A stretch of DNA of 32,000 bases from Candidatus Hermodarchaeota archaeon (GTDB lineage: Archaea > Asgardarchaeota > Heimdallarchaeia > Hodarchaeales > Hodarchaeaceae): contig JBHLKY010000008.1 in assembly GCA_048886185.1 (NCBI GenBank), forward strand, positions 1 through 32,000, written 5' to 3'. This document shows positions 16,725 to 25,800 of this stretch, piece by piece (within the stretch, counting starts at the first letter, position 1; every line of letters begins with the position of its first letter). The notes beneath the pieces were generated by a model, which saw nothing but the letters and a program-made list of their open reading frames with translations, was not told the DNA's origin and searched no databases. The position numbers and the translations under genes are program-made.

Positions 16725-17726
16725 CTACCAGTCATTATCCCCATATAATCCTGGAAAATAATATTGATCACCTGAATCAAGAGATGAAACTTTTCGAGCA
16801 ATCTTTTGATCAACTAGACTCTCAAGAACTCTAACAACACGTTGTTGGTCCCATTTTGTACCCAAAATAACCTCTTCCAAGGTGACATATCCTTTATTAA
16901 CTGCTAAATCAAAAACCTTCCTCGCATCACTACCAAGAGTCACAGGAACAAATTCCACTATTTTAATTCCTGATCTTTTTGAGATTCCTTCAATTAGGGA
17001 TTGTTTTTGAAGATTTTTACAGGTTTTTTCAAGATCCTTTATTGAAAAATCGACATCAGGAACTTGAGTTTTCAAAGCTGTATAAAGGTTTGCAAGCGAA
17101 ATATATCCACCAGAACTTGCACGAAGATTCTTACCATGTTCAAGAACAAGGTTTTCAAGTGTTTCTTCAAATCTTCGCTTCCCAAATATTTTGGGCTTTT
17201 TTGTAGTATCTAAAGCAGTTATAGTTAATGCACGGCCTTCTTTTCGCAGTAATTCTCTTTCAAGCTGTTTTATTCGTGTATCGTATTTTTCTTGCAAATC
17301 CTTAATGCTTTCTGTTGAAACAGGAGCTCCATCAGCTAATTTCTTTTGAACTTGAATAACATCATGTAATTTTGTGACATTCTCACGAATCTCACGAATC
17401 TCCTCTCGAACATCCAGCCCCTCCTCACCAAAATCGAGATCCTCTGCTAATTTTAACGATTGATCTGCTATCCTCTCGCAAAGAATTGAAGCAAGTAGTT
17501 GTGCAACCCTTATTTCACCGCTCGATTTAAGATTAGATTTTGTTTGGTCAGGATGAAGAATGTAATCAGGAATAGTTTCTGTTTTATATCGAATCTCTTC
17601 GAATTTTGTGTAGATTTTTACTGTAATGTCAGCGACACTCCGAGCATTAGTGGAAACACTATTATTTAAACGTGTTAATGCAGTACTGGCCTTTAAAAAA
17701 TATTCTTTCATGTGTTCAAGCACCAA
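16725..17726 (-). CDS. ESCRT-II Vps22/Vps36 (EAP30)-like protein with long N-terminal helical/coiled-coil extension
   Basis: GGYISLANLY...FSIKDL...VPVTL...VFDLAVNKGYVTLEEV..GTKWDQQRVVRVLESLV...YYFPGL matches the SNF8/Vps22 tandem winged helices. Confidence 0.85.
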   Translation of the reverse strand: MVLEHMKEYFLKASTALTRLNNSVSTNARSVADITVKIYTKFEEIRYKTETIPDYILHPDQTKSNLKSSGEIRVAQLLASILCERIADQSLKLAEDLDFGEEGLDVREEIREIRENVTKLHDVIQVQKKLADGAPVSTESIKDLQEKYDTRIKQLERELLRKEGRALTITALDTTKKPKIFGKRRFEETLENLVLEHGKNLRASSGGYISLANLYTALKTQVPDVDFSIKDLEKTCKNLQKQSLIEGISKRSGIKIVEFVPVTLGSDARKVFDLAVNKGYVTLEEVILGTKWDQQRVVRVLESLVDQKIARKVSSLDSGDQYYFPGLYGDNDW

Positions 17727-18190
17727 TCTTAGAATGATTTATGGGTAACTGTTTATGACATATTTTCAGTAAGGAACCTTTATCCAATAGCAAACAGGCT
17801 CTTTTTACAGATTATCCCACTTATATTTACATTAGCCACGTTTTTTATCCTTTTAAAGCTTTATGTTTGGGCTTTTTCTGACATTAACCTTAGCCATTCA
17901 GCCTTAGCTGACCGTAAAACACTTATCATCGAAGTTGTTATCAAGCTTAGAGTTACGATTTTTAGATTAGACGTAACATTCCTCAGATTATATGAAATAT
18001 TCCTTCAGCTGCTTTTCAAAAGAAGTAGATTGACTTTATGAACAAGAAAATATGATTTCATGCTAATAATTTGTCATTATTTAATCAAAACGGTCAATTA
18101 TTTTTAATTCTATCGATTTTCCCTTATGTAGGAAGATACTTTTCTGATATCCTAATCTTCTCAAACCCATGTGAAGATGCACATAAAAGA

Positions 18191-18685
18191 TCATGAGGTT
18201 TCGGTAACTTTTTGAACCATTAAATAAGCTGATTCAAAATCACGATAATAATGACGAATTTCTTTAACAATTTCAAAGCCTAATGATTTATAAAGATTTA
18301 CAGCTGCGGTATTTGAAACACGAACCTCTAAGAAGAGTTCATTCACGCCTTGTTTTATCATCGCTGCCATAGATTCCTTTAATAGATGCGTGGCAAAACC
18401 TTTTCTTCGATACTCTTGTTTAACTGCGATACTTACGGTATGACCCTTTTTAGCTCTATGAAAAATAGAATAATGGCTTAATCCTTTTTCAATTCTTGCC
18501 ATCGTATATCCAATAAGCTCCCCGTTCACCTCACCAATTAAAAAAGCAGAGGGTAGTTCTGAATAGATCGTTCGAAAAAAACTTTCTGGATAGTTTTCGG
18601 GTAATGTTTGTCTATTAATTTCCATTACCTTATCTAAATCCCTTAACTCGAACTTTCGGATGATCATTGGGGATTGTGTAGACAT
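18191..18685 (-). CDS. N-terminal acetyltransferase, Ard1/RimI (Naa10-like GNAT)
   Basis: LPENYP..FF, GYTMARIE, GHTVSIAVKQEYRRKGFA, LEVRVSN..AVNLY, YYRDFESAY; ATG at 18685. Confidence 0.92.
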   Translation of the reverse strand: MSTQSPMIIRKFELRDLDKVMEINRQTLPENYPESFFRTIYSELPSAFLIGEVNGELIGYTMARIEKGLSHYSIFHRAKKGHTVSIAVKQEYRRKGFATHLLKESMAAMIKQGVNELFLEVRVSNTAAVNLYKSLGFEIVKEIRHYYRDFESAYLMVQKVTETS

Positions 18686-18687
18686 AA

Positions 18688-18858
18688 TCAACTCTTCTGT
18701 TTCGCTAGCTCTTTCATTCTCCGTCTATAATCAGCATATTTATCATATGGAGAAAATTTTGGTGGATGAGCACTTTTATATCGTTGCTTGCAAATATCAC
18801 AAAATTCTCTAGATTGATCAATAGTATAGCTACAATTACACTTTTTTAACAGGCGCAT
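18688..18858 (-). CDS. nop10: H/ACA RNP protein Nop10 (56 aa; absent from the supplied ORF track)
   Basis: Translated by hand: MRLLKKCNCSYTIDQSREFCDICKQRYKSAHPPKFSPYDKYADYRRRMKELAKQKS*; PPKFSP.DKY..YR signature, GGAGA SD and canonical position after aIF2alpha. Confidence 0.93.
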   Translation of the reverse strand: MRLLKKCNCSYTIDQSREFCDICKQRYKSAHPPKFSPYDKYADYRRRMKELAKQKS

Positions 18859-18884
18859 TCGTATCTCCGACTACTGTAATATAA

Positions 18885-19670
18885 TTATTGTCTTTCAAAA
18901 GAATATTCAGCATCATAAGGCCCAAAGAATTGTTGTACTTCGTTTTGAACATCCTTCCAAATGCCTTCTGCGGTTCTCCAATCCCCACTTTCGACAACAA
19001 TTCGATAATCGGGTGGTGAAATGATCTGAACATCTATTTGAGACCCTCTATACTTATTACTGGATTTTTTATTGAAAGATTTGAAAAAATCCTTTAAGAG
19101 AACTACTCCTTGAGCTTCATAACAAATAATCTTCAAGAGTCCTGTCAAACGGACAGTTGGAGGTTGAAGTTCTTTTTGTGCTAGCTGATATATTTCCTCT
19201 GCTGCAACTTCAGCAATACCAATTTCTGTAAGTACATTCACACCCTGTTCTCTTGCTTTAATTAATCCTTCGTAAATAGACCCAAATTTTCCCAATAGAG
19301 ATTCTTCAACGTTATTCGCAGAAACTTCAACATTTTCACATGCGACAGCTACAATTCCACGTGCTCTGTTTTCCTGTTTAAACTCATTGAGCTTAGATCT
19401 CCGCTGTGGCTCAGATACTCGCCGGATGGACATATCTATTTCCCCCCGAGCTGCATCAACCCGAAGGATCTTCGCAACAGCTCTTTGTCCTTCCCGAATA
19501 TGACTACGAATATTTCTGACCCAGGTTCTACTTAATTCCGAAATATGAACAAAACCGGCTTCTGAACCCAGTTTTTCATAATCAAAAATCTCAAAATATG
19601 CTCCATGAGGAGTTAGTTTAGAGCAGGTACCGATTACTAATTCACCAACTCGTGGGAAGCTTGACTCCAT
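18885..19670 (-). CDS. eif2a: Translation initiation factor aIF2 alpha subunit
   Basis: FPRVGELVIG S1 domain, HISELSRTWVRNIR, KILRVD..RGEIDMSIRRV, SPPDYRI. Confidence 0.96.
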   Translation of the reverse strand: MESSFPRVGELVIGTCSKLTPHGAYFEIFDYEKLGSEAGFVHISELSRTWVRNIRSHIREGQRAVAKILRVDAARGEIDMSIRRVSEPQRRSKLNEFKQENRARGIVAVACENVEVSANNVEESLLGKFGSIYEGLIKAREQGVNVLTEIGIAEVAAEEIYQLAQKELQPPTVRLTGLLKIICYEAQGVVLLKDFFKSFNKKSSNKYRGSQIDVQIISPPDYRIVVESGDWRTAEGIWKDVQNEVQQFFGPYDAEYSFERQ

Positions 19671-19684
19671 ATTATCGCCTTATC

Positions 19685-19873
19685 TCAGTCTAAAACCTCT
19701 ATTACTTCCCCATATAACTTAGTTATTCCTCCACTTGGTTCAGCTAATGTCTTTCCACAAACTCGACAAACAACGACCGTTGTAGCATGTGAAAAGACTT
19801 CTTGCACATTTCCACACTCACAAGTTACTTTCAGAAAATGTGAACGGGGTTGAGGTATATAACGCCTTTTCAT
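19685..19873 (-). CDS. rps27e: 30S ribosomal protein S27e
   Basis: IPQPRSHFLKVTCECGNVQEVFSHATTVVVCRVCGKTLAEPSGG. Confidence 0.97.
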   Translation of the reverse strand: MKRRYIPQPRSHFLKVTCECGNVQEVFSHATTVVVCRVCGKTLAEPSGGITKLYGEVIEVLD

Positions 19874-20490
19874 AACATTTCACCTGAAATTTCTTTATTT
19901 TCACTAGTTTCTATCACTCTGGCCATTCCTCTAGCAATTAAGGCTTTGGCGTTTTCAACAGGTACCCTTACAATATCATGCCTTAAAAATGGCCCATATC
20001 GTTTATCATCCAGCCCAACGAAAGCTTCAACATCGCCGAGGATCCTAATAATCAAATTTGTTGAGGTAATGTGAATACTGTTATTATTCTCTTCAATTTG
20101 ACTGGATTCTACATCTGAATCGTTCGTAGGGGGAAGATTTTCCTGAGTATCTAAAATGTTTGGTTTCTCCATGCCGAGCGTTTCTATAGATTTTTGTAAG
20201 TTCTCAATTAACCGCCTTTCTCCCCATGTTGTAACTCCCAAATCGACAGGAACATCTAAAAGTACTGAATTAAGTATTTTTGTTAATCGTAGATGAGCGA
20301 GATCCTTTCTCAGATATTCCATTCTTACGATAATTTCATCAGCCAGCTCTTCCCATTCTAGATTTTGTATTTTTCTATAAAGTTTGGCTAATTTTCCATC
20401 CATGGAGATATAGAAATCAGCTGGTATCTCTAGGAGCGTAGAACTAACCTTTTCATCCAACCATAATTTATAAAGGCTTTTATAATCCAA
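19870..20490 (-). CDS. GINS complex subunit Gins51 (Psf1/Sld5-like)
   Basis: Helical A domain, linker, and B domain IIRILGDVEAFVGLDDKRYGPF...DIVRVP.ENAKALI..G; conserved synteny with rps27e-aIF2alpha. Confidence 0.8.
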   Translation of the reverse strand: MDYKSLYKLWLDEKVSSTLLEIPADFYISMDGKLAKLYRKIQNLEWEELADEIIVRMEYLRKDLAHLRLTKILNSVLLDVPVDLGVTTWGERRLIENLQKSIETLGMEKPNILDTQENLPPTNDSDVESSQIEENNNSIHITSTNLIIRILGDVEAFVGLDDKRYGPFLRHDIVRVPVENAKALIARGMARVIETSENKEISGEML

Positions 20491-20994
20491 ATGACCGCCT
20501 CTTTAGCCAGAAAAAGATATATACATTTAATGTAAAAGAATGAAAACCTAATAATAGATTGTGACTTCTTTTGAGGGAAGCCATTAAATATCAAACTCCT
20601 CTGTACCAAGTAATGACAAAGTACTCATGGAGAATCTTAAATATTTTATACATGTCTACAAAGATTTCAAGTATCTAACCATCTTAGATTCAACCTCACC
20701 ACAGTTATAAGCAAAGAGAAAACAACGAATGGAGCAGAGATAATTAAGGAAAAAGTTTAATAGATATTATTCACATTATGATATACTATCTTAAGAACTT
20801 AAGGTATTTTAAAATATATAAAGCCACTGGTGGGAATTTCATTGGAATTTTCGCGAAAACTTCCAATTTTGAACCCACGACATCCTCCTAACTGTTTTTC
20901 TCCCAATGTCTGAAAGAAAAATACCAAGGAGGCGCTATAACCGGGCTTCTCTATCTGGAAGATGCAATTTACATTAGCCATCTAACCAAAAACT

Positions 20995-21009
20995 AAGCCA
21001 CAGTGGCTT
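20995..21009. repeat. Perfect inverted repeat AAGCCAC-A-GTGGCTT
   Basis: 7-bp arms with 1-nt spacer in the divergent Gins51/prepilin-peptidase gap; a related AAGCCACTGGTGG occurs at 20821. Confidence 0.4.
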
Positions 21010-21158
21010 TTATTTTAAGGAGTCTTCATCAAGGCATTCAAAGATGTTTAAATTTATATAGTTCCTTTGCATACATATTGGATTCTAGAGATTTTTTATA
21101 GTTATGTTTTTCTTGATTCCTGTACCACTCTGACATAAAAGAAGGTGACCCACATCAT

Positions 21159-21986
21159 ATGATCAGATCAGAGCTAGAATTTATCCTTCTAATTCTTACA
21201 TTCCTCCTACTATCAATAGGATCATGGCAAGATCTCAAAACTCGTGAAGTAGCTGACTGGATCTGGTTTACAATGATTAGCATAGGAATTATTATACATA
21301 TATTGCAAATAATCTTGCTGATATTGACCAAAGAATTGTTTATTGGATATGTTACGTCATTAATTTTAAACTTCATATTTGCTTTAACCATTTCTTTATT
21401 TCTAACTTTTTCAGGATTGGGGGGGGAGGCTGATCGTGTTGCTTTCATCGCTTTAGGAATTGTATCTCCAATATCTCAGCCAATTTTTGTACTGAATGAT
21501 CCAATTTACGAGATAATTATCGAATCTACTCCAAGAATCCTTGGAATTTTCTTCAATTCCTATTTAATGGCCTCTCTTATTCCATTAATCATTTTTTGCT
21601 ATAACTTATCCAACAATTATCTAAATCCTGATCTTTACCTTCTTTCGAGTGAATCTCGGTGGAAGAGGCTTTTTATCCGCTTTATTGGGTACCCCCGTCA
21701 AACACAGAACCTTATCAATGAATTGAAAGAAAAACCATGGCATTATGATTTCCTAGAAGAATTTAATGAAGAAGTTGGTTGGTATGTGGTATTTCGTGCG
21801 CGTCTTGACACACCCGAGATGGATATTTCAAGAAAAAAAGAATTAGTCTCAATAATTCAATCCAAAGAAAAAGATTTTATTTGGATGCAACCATCTCTCC
21901 CTTTTATTCTTATTTTAACGATAGGTTACTTAACAGAAATCTTTATAGGAAATGTATTGTTGCTTTTTATGGTTCTCCTAGTGTAA
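21159..21986 (+). CDS. A24 family prepilin/preflagellin peptidase (FlaK/PibD-like)
   Basis: Multi-TM; SWQDLKTREVADW, GLGGEAD, C-terminal WMQPSLPFI. Confidence 0.85.
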   Translation: MIRSELEFILLILTFLLLSIGSWQDLKTREVADWIWFTMISIGIIIHILQIILLILTKELFIGYVTSLILNFIFALTISLFLTFSGLGGEADRVAFIALGIVSPISQPIFVLNDPIYEIIIESTPRILGIFFNSYLMASLIPLIIFCYNLSNNYLNPDLYLLSSESRWKRLFIRFIGYPRQTQNLINELKEKPWHYDFLEEFNEEVGWYVVFRARLDTPEMDISRKKELVSIIQSKEKDFIWMQPSLPFILILTIGYLTEIFIGNVLLLFMVLLV

Positions 21987-22131
21987 TTTTCTTGAAAACA
22001 CTTCAGCTGATTCGATTTTCCTCAGAAACCAATGAGCTAAATTTATTAATAATCATTATAATCTTTGAAGTGTAAAGAAGAGAAAGACCTCAAAGACCTT
22101 AAAACAGATATATAAGCAAGGAGATTTCAAT

Positions 22132-22626
22132 GTGATAGATCCCAGAAGATTTGATACCGTTCTTAGTAAAATCATCAAAAGCGAACCGGGTATTAAGAAG
22201 GTCATACTTGTCGATCGAACTGGTCTCACTATTGCCCATGTTTCTAAATTCAGCTATGTTAGTATTGATGTAGATGGAATTGGAGCCATTGCATCAGCTG
22301 TTTTCATGGCATCGGCTGAACAAGGATTAAATCTGACAATTGGAGGCCTAGATATTGTTACTTCAGAATTTGATACTGGGAAGATCTTTGCAAGCACATG
22401 TGGGCGTGGTATTCTGACTATCATTTCAGATGCCGATGTGAACATTGGCATGATTAGGCTATTAATGAGAAAAGCCAATGAAGAGCTCAGCAGTATTTTG
22501 GATGAATTTTTAGCGGGAAAACCAACACGATCAATAGGAGGGGTGGCTTCAGCGGCTCCTGAGGTTCGTACAAGCCTAGAAAAGGATGAATTAGAAGCAG
22601 CGTTACGTGAACTTGAAAAGTTTTAA
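22132..22626 (+). CDS. Roadblock/LC7 (MglB-like) protein with C-terminal tail
   Basis: VILVDRTGLTIA, IGAIASAVF, GILTIISD..VNIGMIRL; directly upstream of the MglA-like GTPase. Confidence 0.88.
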   Translation: MIDPRRFDTVLSKIIKSEPGIKKVILVDRTGLTIAHVSKFSYVSIDVDGIGAIASAVFMASAEQGLNLTIGGLDIVTSEFDTGKIFASTCGRGILTIISDADVNIGMIRLLMRKANEELSSILDEFLAGKPTRSIGGVASAAPEVRTSLEKDELEAALRELEKF

Positions 22627-22673
22627 TTAAATCTAAGAATCCCGACTCCTGACCTGCGAAGGAGACTTATTAC

Positions 22674-23261
22674 TTGAGAAAGGACGCGGAAGGTCGTCAC
22701 CGATTCAAAATAGTTTTCTACGGTCCATCTCTAGGAGGAAAAACGTCCACTCTTGCCTGGTTATACAATAAAGTGGATGGACTGGAAAAAGGAAAATTCA
22801 CACAATTAGCAGATCCAACAGGACGGACACTATTCTTTGATTTTGTACCAATGCAGGCAACTACTGGTGTTGTGTTTGACGTATATACTACTGCTGGACA
22901 AGAACGTCATAAACACCAGCGGAAAATAGTAATTCAAGGAGTTGATGGGCTCATTTTTGTAGTTGATTCAAGTGCATCACAATTTCAGGAGAATATTGAA
23001 TCACTTAATGAGTTACAGATGCATTTAGGCGATCAACTGGGTACAAGCATCCCTTTGGTTATTACACTTAACAAACGAGATGTTCAAGATGCTTTACCTA
23101 GATCAGAGTTGATTCAAAGGTTGAAAATCCAAGATTATCCTATCTATGAAACTGTTGCAACCACAGGTCTTGGAGTGAAGCGCGCGTTTCAATCTCTGGC
23201 TCGTGAAATATTAATGATCCAACTTTACGGGACAAAAGAGTCTCAAATTACCAGAACTTAG
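22674..23261 (+). CDS. MglA-like small GTPase
   Basis: KIVFYGPSLGGKTS, RTLFFDF.P, YTTAGQ (Asp-less G3), GVDGLIFVVDS, NKRD, close to Myxococcus MglA motifs. Confidence 0.92.
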   Translation: MRKDAEGRHRFKIVFYGPSLGGKTSTLAWLYNKVDGLEKGKFTQLADPTGRTLFFDFVPMQATTGVVFDVYTTAGQERHKHQRKIVIQGVDGLIFVVDSSASQFQENIESLNELQMHLGDQLGTSIPLVITLNKRDVQDALPRSELIQRLKIQDYPIYETVATTGLGVKRAFQSLAREILMIQLYGTKESQITRT

Positions 23262-23849
23262 ATAAGATCCATTGAAAGGGATTTTTTTTATTGGTTAAGC
23301 ACTAAATTTTAAATTAATGAAAAATCGAAAAATTTTGTCTATCCATCCTTCAATTCCCTTCTTATGAAGAAGCTGAAAATATTTCTTCCTAATAAAGAAT
23401 TTAAGGCTTTTTTAGGATCTTAATTTTCAATCAAAGCCAATTTGTTGTTTTCATGAGTATTTACAGCATCTTCAGATAAATAAATCATATGTGGAAACAT
23501 TATATATTAAAGAAAGATGAATTCAATAAGATTTCATTGATGGTTAACTTTCTTCAAAATTTGATGATCTGTAATTCGCATTATAATATCTGCATGTTAG
23601 GCACTAATTTTTTTCCCTTCCTATATTTTTATCCTAGATCTGCTTTGATGGTTAGAAGAAGTTGTTTCTTAGGAATCATGAATCCTGTAAAATTTTTGGG
23701 GAAAAGAATTCACAATGTTTTTAAGGTGTTAAAGCAGAAAATTCACATAAGTTGGCTAAAGCGAGAATGTAAAAAGAATTTATCTACTACAAAAATATCA
23801 GAAATCTAAAATAATGATCTAAGAATGACGAGTTTTAGGGGTGTAATGC

Positions 23850-24254
23850 TTGTACATTCCAGATAGCGAAACAGATACCCAGGTTCATAAGGAAATAGCT
23901 GAAGTGCTTGAGGCTTTTGTGGGTAAATTACCAGCAATAGATTTTGCCTCAGTAGTGTCTTTAGAAGGGCTTCCAATTTCATCTTGGCCACCAACACTCC
24001 CAGCAGGCTTGGATGATGTGCGAGTAGCCGCTATGACAGCTGCCATACTAAGCTTAGGCGAGAGAGCAGTGATGGAGACAGGAAAAGGGGAAATGACTCG
24101 TATCTTAGTTGAAGGGGACAATGGTTATATGATTTCTGTACAAGCAGGAACAAAAGCTGTCTTGACGGCTTCAGCAAGCCGTTCTGTTAAGCTAGGACTT
24201 ATTTTTTTAGATATGAAACAAGCAGCTAAAAAAATAGGGGATATACTTGGATAA
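23850..24254 (+). CDS. Roadblock/LC7 (MglB-like) protein
   Basis: VVSLEGLPIS, RVAAMTAAILSLGERA..E.GKG...ILVEGDNG, LGLIFLDMK. Confidence 0.92.
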   Translation: MYIPDSETDTQVHKEIAEVLEAFVGKLPAIDFASVVSLEGLPISSWPPTLPAGLDDVRVAAMTAAILSLGERAVMETGKGEMTRILVEGDNGYMISVQAGTKAVLTASASRSVKLGLIFLDMKQAAKKIGDILG

Positions 24255-24302
24255 TAATACTTTTCATTTAGGGGGAGTAGAACTCAGAACAAGAAACGCA
24301 CT

Positions 24303-25580
24303 TTAAAGCTCATACAGTCTTTCTTTCATTTCTTGTGCTTTTTGACGATAGAATTCATGGAATTGATATTCATTTATCACTTGTGCTTTTTCAGCTGCAA
24401 ATTCAAAGTGCATCAATGCCTTCTCATAGCTCCTTTGGAGTGCTTCGATCTCCCCTAATAATCCATGGGCTAATACTAGCCCTTTTAATTCCTCAAGGGC
24501 CTCAAAGTGTTGGATAGCTTCTTCAAGATAATATGAGGCTTGAGCAGCACTAGCACTATCCCCTTGCTTTACATATTGGCCTAAAATTTTAGCCATATTT
24601 ACCTGTGAAACTGCTAGAGAATAACGATCTTGTCGAGACTCAGCTAGAGAACGAGATTTATCAAAATTCTTCATAGCTTCGTCAAATTTTCCCACACGAA
24701 AGTAACATTCGCCAATATTACAATAAGCATTAACAACGGCTCTATGAATGTTCGCTCTTTTTGCACGTTCAAGTGCTTGTTCAAATTTCGTGATGGCCTC
24801 TTCATAAAGACTATTTTCATATAAGAGAATGCCCTCAGAAGAGAAAATATTCTCCTCTAGCATTGGGTCTCCCAATTGGCTTGTGAACTCCCATAGTGCT
24901 TCCAATCGATTCTTAGTAAAATCATAATTCATGGAATCAAGCGATAATTCTGATTGGGCAAATACAGCATGAAATTTACCATTTATATCTGATAAAATGT
25001 CGAATATCTTGTAAGCTTTAGTAAAATTCTCCATAGCTTTCCTTGGATCTGTTTTCATAATTTTTCTACCTTGTTCTATTAAAAGCCATGGTTCCTCTCC
25101 AATTATATCGCTAATAGTTTTCCATTCTTTTTTAGGTTTAGCTGAAATACTAATTTTGCTTTTCCATAAATCAGGCTTGTCAAACAAATCAGAAACTAGG
25201 TTTAAAAGAAGATTACTATCGCCACCAGCTTTTTCTGACAAGCTTTTGGGACCCACTCCACGAAGTCTTAAATCACCTTCAGAAAACTCAAAAAGGACTC
25301 CCAAAGGCACACTTCTTGTTTGAGATTCTCCCCACTTCCTACCTACAACAACAAAGAAATTGGTTGGTGGAAATAACACTTCATCTCGTGTAACTGATTT
25401 TAATCCTTGAATCCAAGTATAATCAGTTTTAAAAAAACTGGCTATCAATTCCCCTTTAAATTCAGGATCCCAATCGACTAAGGTTGCTGCATCAAATAGC
25501 TCGATTTCTTCATCGTGAGGACCTAACGCAAAGCTAACCTTCCAACTAACCATAACCAGCTTCACCCTTATATTTGACAA
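24303..25580 (-). CDS. TPR-repeat protein with unrecognised N-terminal beta-rich domain
   Basis: Repeats such as EEAITKFEQALERA and YCNIGECYFRVGKFDEAMKNFDKS; start may be ATG at 25553. Confidence 0.8.
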   Translation of the reverse strand: MSNIRVKLVMVSWKVSFALGPHDEEIELFDAATLVDWDPEFKGELIASFFKTDYTWIQGLKSVTRDEVLFPPTNFFVVVGRKWGESQTRSVPLGVLFEFSEGDLRLRGVGPKSLSEKAGGDSNLLLNLVSDLFDKPDLWKSKISISAKPKKEWKTISDIIGEEPWLLIEQGRKIMKTDPRKAMENFTKAYKIFDILSDINGKFHAVFAQSELSLDSMNYDFTKNRLEALWEFTSQLGDPMLEENIFSSEGILLYENSLYEEAITKFEQALERAKRANIHRAVVNAYCNIGECYFRVGKFDEAMKNFDKSRSLAESRQDRYSLAVSQVNMAKILGQYVKQGDSASAAQASYYLEEAIQHFEALEELKGLVLAHGLLGEIEALQRSYEKALMHFEFAAEKAQVINEYQFHEFYRQKAQEMKERLYEL

Positions 25581-25800
25581 GGGATAGGTATAATCTTCAT
25601 TTATAGATTATTAAATTATCCTAAAATTTTTTTTATATATTTCTTTAGTGAACTTATTCACTTCTATTCTATTATTGTTATTATAATTATATCAGCATGA
25701 CTATTAGACTCAAATAGTAATTGGACTTTTATATATAGGATTGATTCCGATTTTTCCTCCTAAATAAATTTACCATCAAGATCAAGTACAATTATAATAC

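Noticed and set aside
17727-18190. Possible missing small gene (e.g. Vps25 or a small RING protein) upstream of Vps22/36
   Set aside because: On visual inspection (not a full six-frame translation) I saw no convincing ORF or Cys/His RING pattern in this 464-nt gap.
23489-23809. 106-aa ORF between MglA and the second Roadblock gene
   Set aside because: No recognisable motif or SD, composition typical of translated AT-rich intergenic DNA; probably spurious, though a decayed gene cannot be excluded.
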